Position numbers and translations under genes: made by a program. The notes beneath the pieces are model-generated. The model saw only the letters and a program-made list of their open reading frames with translations. It was not told the DNA's origin and ran no database searches. A DNA stretch of 20,000 nucleotides. Source: an uncultured virus (IMG/VR IMGVR_UViG_3300046534_001004). Lineage: Duplodnaviria > Heunggongvirae > Uroviricota > Caudoviricetes. Positions 1 through 8,700 of the stretch are shown here, one piece after another (the first letter of the stretch is position 1; each line of letters begins with the position of its first letter). The stretch lies in IMG/VR virus record IMGVR_UViG_3300046534_001004, one strand, 5' to 3'.

Positions 1-1
1 G

Positions 2-2986
2 TACGAGATACAAAGCCTCTAGACTTGTTGTGTAACTATCTAGTGGACCTTTGATTTCTTCGTATATGGAGGCAGACTCTTTCGCAACTTCAAGACTTCT
101 CATAGTAGCAGAAGCTAAACTAATCTCTTGTTCAGTCAAACTCCTTTTCAGTTCTTCTTCTATTTTCAAGATACCTTGAGCAATTTCTCTCTCTTGACTT
201 GTTAATTTAAGAAGGTCGAGTTCTTTGTTCATTCCAGAGAGGATATTAGCAAAGTTTTTCTCTATTTCCCCGCCGCCTCCAGCATCTTTATCCGCAGCGT
301 CTCTTCTCGCTCCAGCGAGTATAGTCTGATAGTTTCTTTCCGCTTCGGCTAGTTGATCAGTACTCGCTCCAGCAGCCATTAAAGCAGCTCTGTGAGTTTC
401 ATAGCCTTGAGTAGCTTGAGCTAAAGTTCTATCGAGACCTGTGAGACTAGCTAAATTAGCTTGGTTGCCATATCTGTCTACTTGATTGTTCAGCCTTTCT
501 AAAGCGTTAGCAGCATCTTCAGCGTTATCCACAGCTACATCGTTTGTAAGTCTGCTGACTGTTGAGTTATACGCCGCTTCTGCTATGGCTAGATCTCCTA
601 AGCTAGCTCCCGCACTGACCAAAGTAGATCTTAACGCTTCATATTTTTCAGTTTCCCGAGTTATGGCTTTATCTAAACCAGTTCTAGAGGCTACGTTTGC
701 TTGAGAGACATATCTATCTAGTTCTGCGGTAGCATCACGAGTTGCTTCTGCTGAACCATCAATTTCACTAACAGCTTGGCGGTAAAGATCATTAAGATTA
801 GCTTGACGATTTATTAGTTCATCAACTGAAATCCCATTGTTATTAAATTGAGAATCTAAATCAGCCATTCCAGATGCCAACTGAGCAGAAGCTTCTTGAA
901 GACCTCCTGCTATCTTACTAGCAGCAAGCATAGATGGGATTTTACCAATGAAGAATTCTATCGCTCCAGCAGCGGCACCCGCAGAACTAGAGACAGCATC
1001 AAGACCTCCAGCCATTACTAGAAGAGCAGTCTCAGCTGCCGTTGCTGTTCCATTTAATTCTGCTATAACAGCATCTAAAATTTCAACTTGATCATTTGCT
1101 AAATCAACTGATTCTATAGAGTCTACTAATCCACGAACAAATTTTGTGAATCTAGTATTATCAACTTCTGAAGCAAGAGAAGCTATTCTATCACTAAATT
1201 GAAAAATATCTATGCTTCCAGCTTCTAACTCATCTCTAATAGTAACTAATTGATTTATGGCTCTACTAAAATCAAAATCTGCAGTTAGTATAGTTTTAGC
1301 ATCAGTCCAAAGAGAGTTGTAACCAATCAACTGATCAGAGACTGCTGCGAGGGCGTTTCTTTGGGCTTCCAGAGCTTCTACTCTTTGAAGTTGAAGTTGG
1401 GCTATAGAAATTCTGTCAAATGTGTCAGCTAGCTCAACCCCTTGATCTTTAGCATCAACCATCGCTGCTCCGACTTGTCTCATCAAATCAGAGGTTTTAT
1501 CTACTACGACGTTGACTTCTGCAGAAGCGTCACGAAGATTTGAAAGAGCGAAAACCGCAGATGTAATTGCTATAGCGATAAGACCGATAGGACCCAAAGC
1601 TGCTATCAGCCCACCTATAGCTCTACCTAGACCAACAACCATTGCGGTTAAAGTTGGAAAAACCCTTGTAAGCGTTGCCGCAACAGTACCAGCCGCCGCT
1701 TGTGCCGCTGTTAGGCGCACGTTAGCCGCTGCCAATGCGTTGGTGGCCCCTGTTTGGGTTGTACGCACTGTGGCAAGCGTTCCAGTAAGTCCTATTTCTG
1801 CTTTTTCTACAATTGAAAGCTGTGCTGTCACTCTAGCAAGATTAGCTTTTGCTGCTGTCAGGTTAACGAACTGTCCAGTAGCCGCCGTCCGAGCTTTTCC
1901 GTTAGCTACTGTGAACTGAGTATCTAGAACTGTCTGTTGAAGTTGAGTTTTTTGAACAGCTATGAGAGCCAAATTTTGACGAAGTTCTGTTTCTCTTAAA
2001 GCGATACCATATGTTCTAGGACCTATCCTACGGATCTCACTCGCTGCTCTCAATTGTTCAATTTCCAACATGCGAGTTGAAGCCACTGAGGCTGCTCTTA
2101 TACCTACAATGTAAGCACTTATAGAGGCTAGAACTTTAGTCCCCAACATGCCCAAAAGAACAGCACCGACGACTCCAGCGACAACCGCTAATTCTGTGAT
2201 ATTGTCTGATATGAGTATTATAGATTTAGCTACGTTCTCTGAAAGATTGACCGCATCATCTAAAGCATCTAAAAATTCAAGCCAGTTAGTCCCTGCAACA
2301 GACAATGCTTGACTGATAGTCGGAATCGTATTAGCGAACAGCGTGTCGATTTCTTTTTCAGCTTCACGGAATGCTTTGAGAATAGTCTCAGCTGAAATTT
2401 TACCTTCCTCACCAAGTATTCTCAACTCACCTCTAGTGACCCCAAGACTCTGAGAAATGATGTCGGCGACATACGGAAGTTGCTCAAGGACAGAACGAAG
2501 TTCGTCTCCTCTAAGAGTGTTGGAGGCCATACCCTGCCCAAGCTGAACAAGGGCAGCATGAGCTTCTCGGGCAGAAGCACCTGATATGATAGTTGCTTTA
2601 CTGAGGCTTTCTGAAAATCTTACAGTTTCAGCTTGAGAAATACCAAGCTCTCGCACAGAGAGTGCTGTTCTGCTATAAATTTCAGCGACAGCCTCAAAAC
2701 CTGTACGGCTGTCTCGAGCTGTCTGAAACAGACGACGCTGAACTACATCTAGGTTAGATGCACTGGTTGCTGTCAAGCGAAGTCTGTTCTCGTATTCAGT
2801 TAGAGTATCAAGTTGACGTGTTAGTCCACGAAGGATCCCTGCTCCACCCAAGACAAACAGAGCACGTTGCATCAAGAAGATGCCGCGAGTAGCAGAGTTA
2901 GCCGCCAAGCCTATTTCATCGATCCTGCGCTTGATTACTCTTGCGCCAGTTTCTCGAAATCTGATGTCTACATTTTCAGTAACCAT
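2..2986 (-). CDS. Tail tape measure protein (partial; C-terminus continues beyond the left edge; at least 995 aa)
   Basis: Not in the ORF track because there is no stop in the window. Hand translation from ATG at 2986 (TAATG overlap with the upstream gene): MVTENVDIRFRETGARVIKRRIDEIG...EAVAEIYSRTALSVRELGISQAETVRFSESLSKATIISGASAREAHAALVQLGQGMASNTLRGDELRSVLEQLPYVADII, a typical tape-measure N-terminal domain, followed by long Ala-rich helical sequence. Lies downstream of the tail tube and chaperone genes. Confidence 0.95.
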   Translation of the reverse strand, partial: MVTENVDIRFRETGARVIKRRIDEIGLAANSATRGIFLMQRALFVLGGAGILRGLTRQLDTLTEYENRLRLTATSASNLDVVQRRLFQTARDSRTGFEAVAEIYSRTALSVRELGISQAETVRFSESLSKATIISGASAREAHAALVQLGQGMASNTLRGDELRSVLEQLPYVADIISQSLGVTRGELRILGEEGKISAETILKAFREAEKEIDTLFANTIPTISQALSVAGTNWLEFLDALDDAVNLSENVAKSIILISDNITELAVVAGVVGAVLLGMLGTKVLASISAYIVGIRAASVASTRMLEIEQLRAASEIRRIGPRTYGIALRETELRQNLALIAVQKTQLQQTVLDTQFTVANGKARTAATGQFVNLTAAKANLARVTAQLSIVEKAEIGLTGTLATVRTTQTGATNALAAANVRLTAAQAAAGTVAATLTRVFPTLTAMVVGLGRAIGGLIAALGPIGLIAIAITSAVFALSNLRDASAEVNVVVDKTSDLMRQVGAAMVDAKDQGVELADTFDRISIAQLQLQRVEALEAQRNALAAVSDQLIGYNSLWTDAKTILTADFDFSRAINQLVTIRDELEAGSIDIFQFSDRIASLASEVDNTRFTKFVRGLVDSIESVDLANDQVEILDAVIAELNGTATAAETALLVMAGGLDAVSSSAGAAAGAIEFFIGKIPSMLAASKIAGGLQEASAQLASGMADLDSQFNNNGISVDELINRQANLNDLYRQAVSEIDGSAEATRDATAELDRYVSQANVASRTGLDKAITRETEKYEALRSTLVSAGASLGDLAIAEAAYNSTVSRLTNDVAVDNAEDAANALERLNNQVDRYGNQANLASLTGLDRTLAQATQGYETHRAALMAAGASTDQLAEAERNYQTILAGARRDAADKDAGGGGEIEKNFANILSGMNKELDLLKLTSQEREIAQGILKIEEELKRSLTEQEISLASATMRSLEVAKESASIYEEIKGPLDSYTTSLEALYLV
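329..718 (-). repeat. Two diverged copies of an about 50-aa segment, 80 aa apart, in the tape measure protein
   Basis: DRYVSQANVASRTGLDKAITRETEKYEALRSTLVSAGASLGDLAIAEAAY (718-569) vs DRYGNQANLASLTGLDRTLAQATQGYETHRAALMAAGASTDQLAEAERNY (478-329): 26/50 identical, no gaps, offset exactly 240 nt. Confidence 0.9.
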
Positions 2987-3438
2987 TAGCGTTCAAACAC
3001 CCTAAATCCAGCGAGTTCAGCTTTAGCTTCCAGTAGAGCAGTCTCAATGAAACCAGCAGGAGCTTGTTTAGATGAACCAGAGTTTAATTTCTCTATATAA
3101 GAAGCAGCGTTGCTGATATAAATTGAAGTCTCTAAGCCTCTTGTAGAAGATCGTAACGAGTTTATGCGAGCTCGTCCAGCGTTGATAGCCGCAGAAGCAT
3201 TTGCGTTCTCACCAATACCAAGGTTCTTTCCTGGAGCATAGGCACCGATCACAGCTCGAGTAGGTGCTCCGATACCAACACGCCAGTTAGAACGAGCGAC
3301 ACCTTTATCAGCAGGTGTGTTCCGAACAAGACTCTTCAGAGAACGCACCGCGACAGCTTTAACAACGCGAGAAGCGGAGTTCTCAACTTGAGAACCCCGC
3401 CGCCTGATGTTTCTAGAGAATTGAGCCAGAGTAGCCAT
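2986..3438 (-). CDS. HK97 gp10-like tail completion/neck protein
   Basis: 150 aa with TPADKGVARSNW (TPVDTG..R.SW-type motif), IYISNAASYIEKLNSGSSKQAPAGFI; translationally coupled to the tape measure gene. Confidence 0.85.
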   Translation of the reverse strand: MATLAQFSRNIRRRGSQVENSASRVVKAVAVRSLKSLVRNTPADKGVARSNWRVGIGAPTRAVIGAYAPGKNLGIGENANASAAINAGRARINSLRSSTRGLETSIYISNAASYIEKLNSGSSKQAPAGFIETALLEAKAELAGFRVFER

Positions 3439-3762
3439 TCACGTTTTCTTCCCAATTTGCTTAAGATAAGCTAAGTCCATATCTTTCAAATGTATGTGCA
3501 TCGCCCCTATCTGTTCTTCGTCACACCCACTTTTTTCGCAGTACTCTTGAATCGTTGTCCACCATATTGGTCCAGCGCTCATACCCATTTGTCTAGAGGC
3601 GATAAGATCATGAAACCCTATATAGTATAACTCAAGGCCAGGAAGAAGACTAGGGGCGTTGGCTATCTTTTCTGGTAGATCCCAACCCGCCCTAGTGCAT
3701 TGCTCAATAATCGCTTGTTCAGAAGGTCCCTGTGTTAATTGATAACACAGGAACTCTACGAG
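3439..3762 (-). CDS. Tail assembly chaperone, frameshifted C-terminal segment (lambda gpT-like)
   Basis: Open -1 frame with no start of its own near the 5' end: LVEFLCYQLTQGPSEQAIIEQCTRAGWDLPEKIANAPSLLPGLELYYIGFHDLIASRQMGMSAGPIWWTTIQEYCEKSGCDEEQIGAMHIHLKDMDLAYLKQIGKKT*. It is entered at the slippery site A AAA AAC (3768-3762), and its TGA abuts the next ATG. Confidence 0.88.
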   Translation of the reverse strand, partial: LVEFLCYQLTQGPSEQAIIEQCTRAGWDLPEKIANAPSLLPGLELYYIGFHDLIASRQMGMSAGPIWWTTIQEYCEKSGCDEEQIGAMHIHLKDMDLAYLKQIGKKT

Positions 3763-3780
3763 TTTTTTGTATCATTCTCC
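3726..3780 (-). promoter_or_regulatory. Programmed -1 ribosomal frameshift signal
   Basis: GGAG (3780-3777), 8 nt, A AAA AAC in X XXY YYZ phase (3768-3762), 7 nt, then hairpin GUUCCUGUGUUA-UCAAU-UAACACAGGGAC (3754-3726; 12 bp with one G-U pair). Confidence 0.88.
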
Positions 3781-4187
3781 AACTCTGCCTTGCGGTAGTT
3801 GGCAAGAGAAGCAGCTTGTTCTTGAATATCCGTGAACATTCGTGGAAGAGCTGACAGAGCTTGTTCAACGTTAGCAGAGTTGAAAGGAAGGATCTTCCCG
3901 TCTGGGCCTTCAATACCAGATTTCATCTCTTTACCCTGCATAGTTTCCCAAGCGAGAATAACGGTCTTGGCGTAGATGTCAGCCATGAGTGCTTGAGAAC
4001 GATCGTTGCTCAGAGCTCCAGATTCAAGAGCGCGGCGAACAGGCTTGAGCTTCTTCTCAGCGTACTTGACATAATTCTTGTTACCCTGCCCAGCAGAGGC
4101 AAGAAGAACACGGAAATCCCCGTAATCAATCCAAACGCCTTTAGATTCAAGTTCCGGATCGGTCTCAAAAGTGTCGTACATTCCCAT
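3756..4187 (-). CDS. Tail assembly chaperone (lambda gpG-like)
   Basis: Likely start MGMYDTFETDPELESKGVWIDYGDF at 4187 behind AGAAGGA (the ORF track extends to 4226); 143 aa; directly follows the tail tube gene and ends at the slippery site. Confidence 0.87.
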   Translation of the reverse strand: MGMYDTFETDPELESKGVWIDYGDFRVLLASAGQGNKNYVKYAEKKLKPVRRALESGALSNDRSQALMADIYAKTVILAWETMQGKEMKSGIEGPDGKILPFNSANVEQALSALPRMFTDIQEQAASLANYRKAELENDTKNS

Positions 4188-4212
4188 CTTATATTTTCCT
4201 TCTTGGGTTATT

Positions 4213-4241
4213 GAGGATGCCTCCATCGCGAAGACACCCTC
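4213..4241 (-). promoter_or_regulatory. Intergenic stem-loop between tail tube and chaperone genes
   Basis: GAGGGUGUCUUC-GCGAU-GGAGGCAUCCUC, 12-bp stem with G-U pairs, no U-tract. Confidence 0.6.
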
Positions 4242-4250
4242 TTGAGTTTA

Positions 4251-5780
4251 TTAAGCCGCTGTTGGAAGATAGTTAAAGTAAGTGACCAACAACGTGTGAT
4301 TGAGATTTGCATCAATGTCTTCACCAGATGCAGCCTCGGTTGACAAAGGCAAGGTAATAGGTTGATCAATTTCAACCGAGAGTCGACCGTCTCCAAGAGA
4401 GATAAGAGGTAGATCGAATATCATACCTTGATTATCACGAACAAAACCGATATCCAATGAGACATCTGAGTTGTTGCGAACCGCTAGCACAGCAGAAACA
4501 TTTGAGAAGTAAGCTGTGAGATTGCCAGAAACAGCAAACGTACCCGCAGTCACATCAAACGCACCAAGAGTACCGACCGCTTTGTTCGGAGTGACGTTGT
4601 TGTTGATAGAGATCGTGGCTTCTGTAACGAAAGCAAACAAAGCTGTAGGAGCGGCGTCAGTATCGGAGACTGCTGACAACCGGATACGGCTGATGTCACT
4701 AGAAGTGTTATACTCTTTAGCTACGAACGGGGCGACGACGCTGCTCTGTTTGGGTCCAGTATCAGCATCACGTTGAACGTTATCAGTTGCCATCCATGTG
4801 ATGTCTGCATTGAGCAAATCAGCGGACGGTACATTCAATGTGAATTCGTTGGGAACGGCACCAACTAGAACTTCAGTTTGAATGTTGCTAGAACTGTCGT
4901 CAGGAGCGCCCAGAAGACGTTCTACGTTGTAAGACCGACGTTTGATAAGAGCACCAGTTTCGTTACGAAGTACGTCACCGAAGAATAGACGGATATCGAG
5001 AGCAGAACCAGTTTCTGTCACCATAGTAGCGTCTGATTTATCAAATGTCAATCGATTTGCTGCGATTGTTCGAACACGCTTGAAACCGTTATTCGCAGCG
5101 TTAACGAATTGATCAGCAGCGAGATCACCACCAACAAAAACCCACTGTCCTATGACAATACCCAAGGTAGTAAAATCAAGAGCAGAAGAGGTGATTGCAG
5201 GAAGAGTTCCTGAATTATCAACGTCCAAATCTGCTGTTGCAGCTTCAAAGCCAACCACTCGAATGTTAGCAATAGAAGGAGGAGAAGCTTCGGCAGTCGT
5301 AGCTGCGGCTGCGACTGATGTATCTGACACAATCGCGCTTGCGACTTGCAGAGCGTTGTTTCCTAGGTTGGTGAAGTTCTGACCTTTGATCAAAGAACCG
5401 ACAAGAAAACCAGTAGTCGAAGCCACTTCAAAAACTGTTCCAGTCACAGCACTCGGCTCTTCGTAACCTTTTTCCCGCACATCAGCGAACATGACACCTT
5501 GCATCATATTGGTTAGGCTCGAGAATGTCAAGTTGGAGTTGATACCACCAGATGCGTTGAGATCAGTTGTGACACCTTTCCGACGTTGACGAGATGGGTT
5601 GATTGGGTTTGGAGAAACCTTAACAATCTCACCACCAAAATCACTGTAACTGTTTGGAGCAAGTGAACGCCAAACGGGGGTTCCAGATTGACCGTTCTCT
5701 CCTGGAAGACTACCAAGTACAGCTTCCTCGGCAAATGCGAGGCCTGTGATATTGGAGTCAATTTTATTTTTTTGTGCCAT
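4251..5780 (-). CDS. Major tail tube protein
   Basis: 509 aa; N-terminal IDSNITGLAFAEE...NSYSDFGGE...NPINPSRQRRKG and C-terminal ATISINNN...AVGTLGAFDVTAGTFAVSGNLTAYF match YuA/M6-type siphovirus tube proteins; lies between tail terminator and chaperones; GGAGG SD. Confidence 0.9.
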   Translation of the reverse strand: MAQKNKIDSNITGLAFAEEAVLGSLPGENGQSGTPVWRSLAPNSYSDFGGEIVKVSPNPINPSRQRRKGVTTDLNASGGINSNLTFSSLTNMMQGVMFADVREKGYEEPSAVTGTVFEVASTTGFLVGSLIKGQNFTNLGNNALQVASAIVSDTSVAAAATTAEASPPSIANIRVVGFEAATADLDVDNSGTLPAITSSALDFTTLGIVIGQWVFVGGDLAADQFVNAANNGFKRVRTIAANRLTFDKSDATMVTETGSALDIRLFFGDVLRNETGALIKRRSYNVERLLGAPDDSSSNIQTEVLVGAVPNEFTLNVPSADLLNADITWMATDNVQRDADTGPKQSSVVAPFVAKEYNTSSDISRIRLSAVSDTDAAPTALFAFVTEATISINNNVTPNKAVGTLGAFDVTAGTFAVSGNLTAYFSNVSAVLAVRNNSDVSLDIGFVRDNQGMIFDLPLISLGDGRLSVEIDQPITLPLSTEAASGEDIDANLNHTLLVTYFNYLPTAA

Positions 5781-5791
5781 TTAAGGCCTCC

Positions 5792-6208
5792 TTACTTTGT
5801 TTCAGTGTACTCAAAATCCATGAGCACGTTCAACTGACGGAATTGACCCTCGCTGGGTACTTCTTGAATGCGAACATTTTTGAACCACACTCCATTATCA
5901 GATGATTTACCTTCATATGCGTTGGCCACTACTTTAGCCAAGATATAAGAGTCTGACAAGCCATTTCCGGTTGGAGTGAATATAGAAGCGATAGCTGTTC
6001 CTGTTCGCTCGAACATTCGTTTTCCTGTTCCCCCAAGAGTTTTCTGAGATCCGGTTGCGTGTCTTATAACGAATACAGCCCATGGATTATTTGATTTATC
6101 TCTTTCTTTCTGAACGTCTTCCCAATACAGACTATTATCTGTGGGTGTCCATGCAGCTAACATCATTGCACTTATATCGTCGACAGCTTCTTCATAAGTA
6201 AGACTCAT
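5792..6208 (-). CDS. Tail terminator protein
   Basis: 138 aa; PWAVFVIRH...TLGG...RMFERTG...IFTPTGNG pattern; directly upstream of the tail tube gene; ATGA overlap with the preceding gene. Confidence 0.8.
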   Translation of the reverse strand: MSLTYEEAVDDISAMMLAAWTPTDNSLYWEDVQKERDKSNNPWAVFVIRHATGSQKTLGGTGKRMFERTGTAIASIFTPTGNGLSDSYILAKVVANAYEGKSSDNGVWFKNVRIQEVPSEGQFRQLNVLMDFEYTETK

Positions 6209-6597
6209 CTATGCATCCCCACAAATCCAAGTAATTGAACGTCTCCAGGTTGTAGGATTTGAATGGCTTTGATACCAAATGTTTCTAACCCATCTTGCAC
6301 TTTGATGAAATTACGACAATCAGTTGTTCCAGGAAAGAAAATAGCAAAATACTCAGATGACGCAATCAGATCATTGAATTCAGTACCTTGCCCAAGGGCA
6401 GGAAGACCGAATTGAGTAATTGAGCCAGGAGGAAGAAACACAGCTTTAGTCGTCAGTACGACGTCTGCTCCTGTTTGGGCTCCCCAAGGTTTAGCTGAAT
6501 CTACAGGTGTCTCGGGATTTTGAATAAATGTTATAGTCCGCCCACGAGCAGTAATCAAACGTTCTGAAGTTTCTGCGAGTTTAGAGTAATCAAACAT
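6205..6597 (-). CDS. Head closure / head-tail joining protein
   Basis: 130 aa, MFDYSKLAETSERLITARGRTITF...KPW; lies between adaptor and tail terminator; TAATG coupling. Confidence 0.7.
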   Translation of the reverse strand: MFDYSKLAETSERLITARGRTITFIQNPETPVDSAKPWGAQTGADVVLTTKAVFLPPGSITQFGLPALGQGTEFNDLIASSEYFAIFFPGTTDCRNFIKVQDGLETFGIKAIQILQPGDVQLLGFVGMHR

Positions 6598-7106
6598 TAG
6601 CGGATAACGCCTCCGTTAGAACTTCCAAATGTTATCTGACGCATCAGACCATCAGCTTTGGAGACTATTGGGTATTTACGCCCAACAGAGCCATCACCTG
6701 ATCCAGAAAACACAGTTTTAGTCTCGAGAGGTCCCAGTGTCTCCGTAAGAGAAATGATGCCAGGACCATTGATTACTGTGTTGTTTATGAACAAGGTGTT
6801 CGTGAGAGAGTAACGAAGATACTCTGCCATAGCTCTCTTAAGTTGAACAGGTAGTGCTACCGGATCAACAATGAAATAGTCTGTTGGATAAGACAAAGAT
6901 TGAGTTTCAGAAATCGTAAGTCCAGGAACTTTATCACCCCAGCGGAGATCAATGTACTCTGTAGTGAGGCGTAGCTGAACTTCAATTTGAGCTTCTGTTT
7001 CAGAAATTGTGACACCACGATCAGACCAATAAGTGACATAATCAGCATACGAGAGATAACTCTCAGAAGTCGATAGTCCAGTTGCGTCTTCTACGATGAT
7101 TGCCAT
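6597..7106 (-). CDS. Head-tail adaptor protein (family often labelled 'DnaT-like')
   Basis: 169 aa; MAIIVEDATGLSTSESYLSYADYVTYWSDRG...TEYID...QSLSYP...LPVQLKRA...ETLGPLET is the hallmark pattern of this adaptor family; first neck gene. Confidence 0.82.
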   Translation of the reverse strand: MAIIVEDATGLSTSESYLSYADYVTYWSDRGVTISETEAQIEVQLRLTTEYIDLRWGDKVPGLTISETQSLSYPTDYFIVDPVALPVQLKRAMAEYLRYSLTNTLFINNTVINGPGIISLTETLGPLETKTVFSGSGDGSVGRKYPIVSKADGLMRQITFGSSNGGVIR

Positions 7107-7115
7107 TATTGCACC

Positions 7116-7520
7116 TTAAGAGAATACGAGATCGAGGAAAGCGGTTGGTTCTCGCCACTCGTTCAAGTAATGAATTGTTACAGTCCCTGCTATCTCAGCT
7201 CGAATACTCCAAGATCCAATGTAGACACGACCAAGGAAAGCAACTTCGTCTGCGACTGCTGCTCCGGCGCTCATGATACGTGTTCCTTGGGTGTATGTTA
7301 CATCACCGGCATCAGTATCGACTGAGAAAGACACACCGAAATCAACTGGCTTTCTAGTGTAGAAATCAACATCTACATCAAAGTCTTCGGTCACTGTTCC
7401 TGGACCACCGAGTGAAGTCACGCCAGTGTAAGTGCGCTTGTACCAATCTGACTGTGACTCAGCACGACGTCGCTGTCTTGCATTAAACATTTCACTACGA
7501 CGTCGCATTAAAAGTGACAT
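7116..7520 (-). CDS. Hypothetical virion protein (Arg-rich N-terminal arm, beta-rich body)
   Basis: 134-aa ORF tightly packed in the head gene cluster. Confidence 0.6.
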   Translation of the reverse strand: MSLLMRRRSEMFNARQRRRAESQSDWYKRTYTGVTSLGGPGTVTEDFDVDVDFYTRKPVDFGVSFSVDTDAGDVTYTQGTRIMSAGAAVADEVAFLGRVYIGSWSIRAEIAGTVTIHYLNEWREPTAFLDLVFS

Positions 7521-7521
7521 A

Positions 7522-8085
7522 CTACTTCCCCATCAACGGACGAACTTTCTTCTCGCCAGATTTTGATTGATCCAATGGAGACACCGGATGCTGATCAAGC
7601 AACAACGATCGATTCTTTTGAAAATTTGCAACTCGATTAGCACGAGAAGCGTTAGAAGATGCGATAGTACGCATGATCTCACGTTGGTTGGCTTGAGGAT
7701 CGACTTTTTGGTGCATCAGACGAGCCGTTACTTCGGCTAGCGCATCACTGCGTTTTTTCTTCTCTGCTTTGAAATTGGCTTCTGCAGAAACGATTTCATC
7801 AAATTCTTCCTGAGCTTGAACGATATCTGGGTGATCGTAACCCATAGTGTTCAAAGCAGAGATTTCTTCATTTTCAACCAAAGGCTGTTCTTCAACGATG
7901 TCTTTAGAAACGTCGAAGTTACCACGTGAGAATTTTGGTGCGGCGTTGATGATGTCAGCTCGCTTTAGGTTTTCAAAATCACCCAAGGAGGCAACTGCGT
8001 CCACTTTTGGAGCACCGTCAGCAGTCCATTGTTCGTCATCCATGGCGTCCATCAGGCCAAGGGCTTCTATAATTTTATCTTCCAT
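7522..8085 (-). CDS. Conserved hypothetical head-cluster protein
   Basis: 187 aa; N-terminal IIEAL..MD..DDEQWTADGAPKVDAV...LKRADIINAAPKFSR motif recalled from genes following the capsid in related siphoviruses; acidic and coiled-coil C-terminal part. Confidence 0.65.
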   Translation of the reverse strand: MEDKIIEALGLMDAMDDEQWTADGAPKVDAVASLGDFENLKRADIINAAPKFSRGNFDVSKDIVEEQPLVENEEISALNTMGYDHPDIVQAQEEFDEIVSAEANFKAEKKKRSDALAEVTARLMHQKVDPQANQREIMRTIASSNASRANRVANFQKNRSLLLDQHPVSPLDQSKSGEKKVRPLMGK

Positions 8086-8106
8086 GGTATTGACCTTTCA
8101 GGAGGA

Positions 8107-8131
8107 AGGAGAGCCCAAAGTGAGCTCTCCT
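8107..8131. terminator. Intergenic stem-loop (weak or antisense terminator, or mRNA stabiliser)
   Basis: AGGAGAGC/GCTCTCCT 8-bp stem. The T-rich tail (gtttatt) follows on the + strand; the sense (-) side has only TCCTCC. Confidence 0.5.
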
Positions 8132-8136
8132 GTTTA

Positions 8137-8655
8137 TTAGCTATCTAGCATAGTAACCAAAGTGATTTCCAATACACCGACCGCTGTCAAGATGACTGAT
8201 TCGTCATCTACGATACTTGCTGCGTCGATAAGCACATTGAGGTTCAGTTCAAGGCCACCTCCTGTGTTGTCGAGCACGAAATCGACACCGTCTGCCACAG
8301 TGAGCAGAGGAGATACTTCTGCAGTAGCAGCACCGAGCGCGGTGCTCGAGATGAAGTCAACGTCAGTGCCAGCGATAGTTGCATCATCTGCAGGTGTAGA
8401 ACCTACGCCGAAGTCACCATCAAAAGTAGCAGTAAGGTTTGCATCAGAACCAGAGCCAAAGAACTGGACCTGAATAGCAGCGGCCATGATCTTAAGATGA
8501 CCTTCTGGAAGACCACCTACGACAATTGAACCATAACCAACGGCTGCTCCAACAGAAGTGACTGTGACAGCATCGTTTAGTTCCAACTGGATTTTTGTAA
8601 CTGCTTGTGTCTGCGCTTTACCACGAGACAGACTGCGAGGAAGACCCTTAGACAT
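8137..8655 (-). CDS. Virion structural protein, possible capsid decoration protein
   Basis: 172 aa directly after the major capsid gene with strong SD AAAGGAG; basic N-arm MSKGLPRSLSRGK then an acidic beta-rich domain. Confidence 0.6.
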   Translation of the reverse strand: MSKGLPRSLSRGKAQTQAVTKIQLELNDAVTVTSVGAAVGYGSIVVGGLPEGHLKIMAAAIQVQFFGSGSDANLTATFDGDFGVGSTPADDATIAGTDVDFISSTALGAATAEVSPLLTVADGVDFVLDNTGGGLELNLNVLIDAASIVDDESVILTAVGVLEITLVTMLDS

Positions 8656-8678
8656 AATTCTCTCCTTTCATGAGAGTT

Positions 8679-8700
8679 GGGCGGAACCTAAGTTCCGCCC
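8679..8700. terminator. Strong stem-loop after the major capsid gene
   Basis: GGGCGGAAC-TTAG-GTTCCGCCC perfect 9-bp stem; U-tract (tgtttt) only on the + strand side. Confidence 0.6.

Noticed and set aside
3719..3913. 64-aa ORF overlapping the chaperone (+1 frame)
   Set aside because: It stops at 3719; the -1 frame, not this one, fills the gap to the next gene and has the slippery site.
6597..7106. Replication protein DnaT
   Set aside because: The family label is misleading here; position and motifs indicate a head-tail adaptor.
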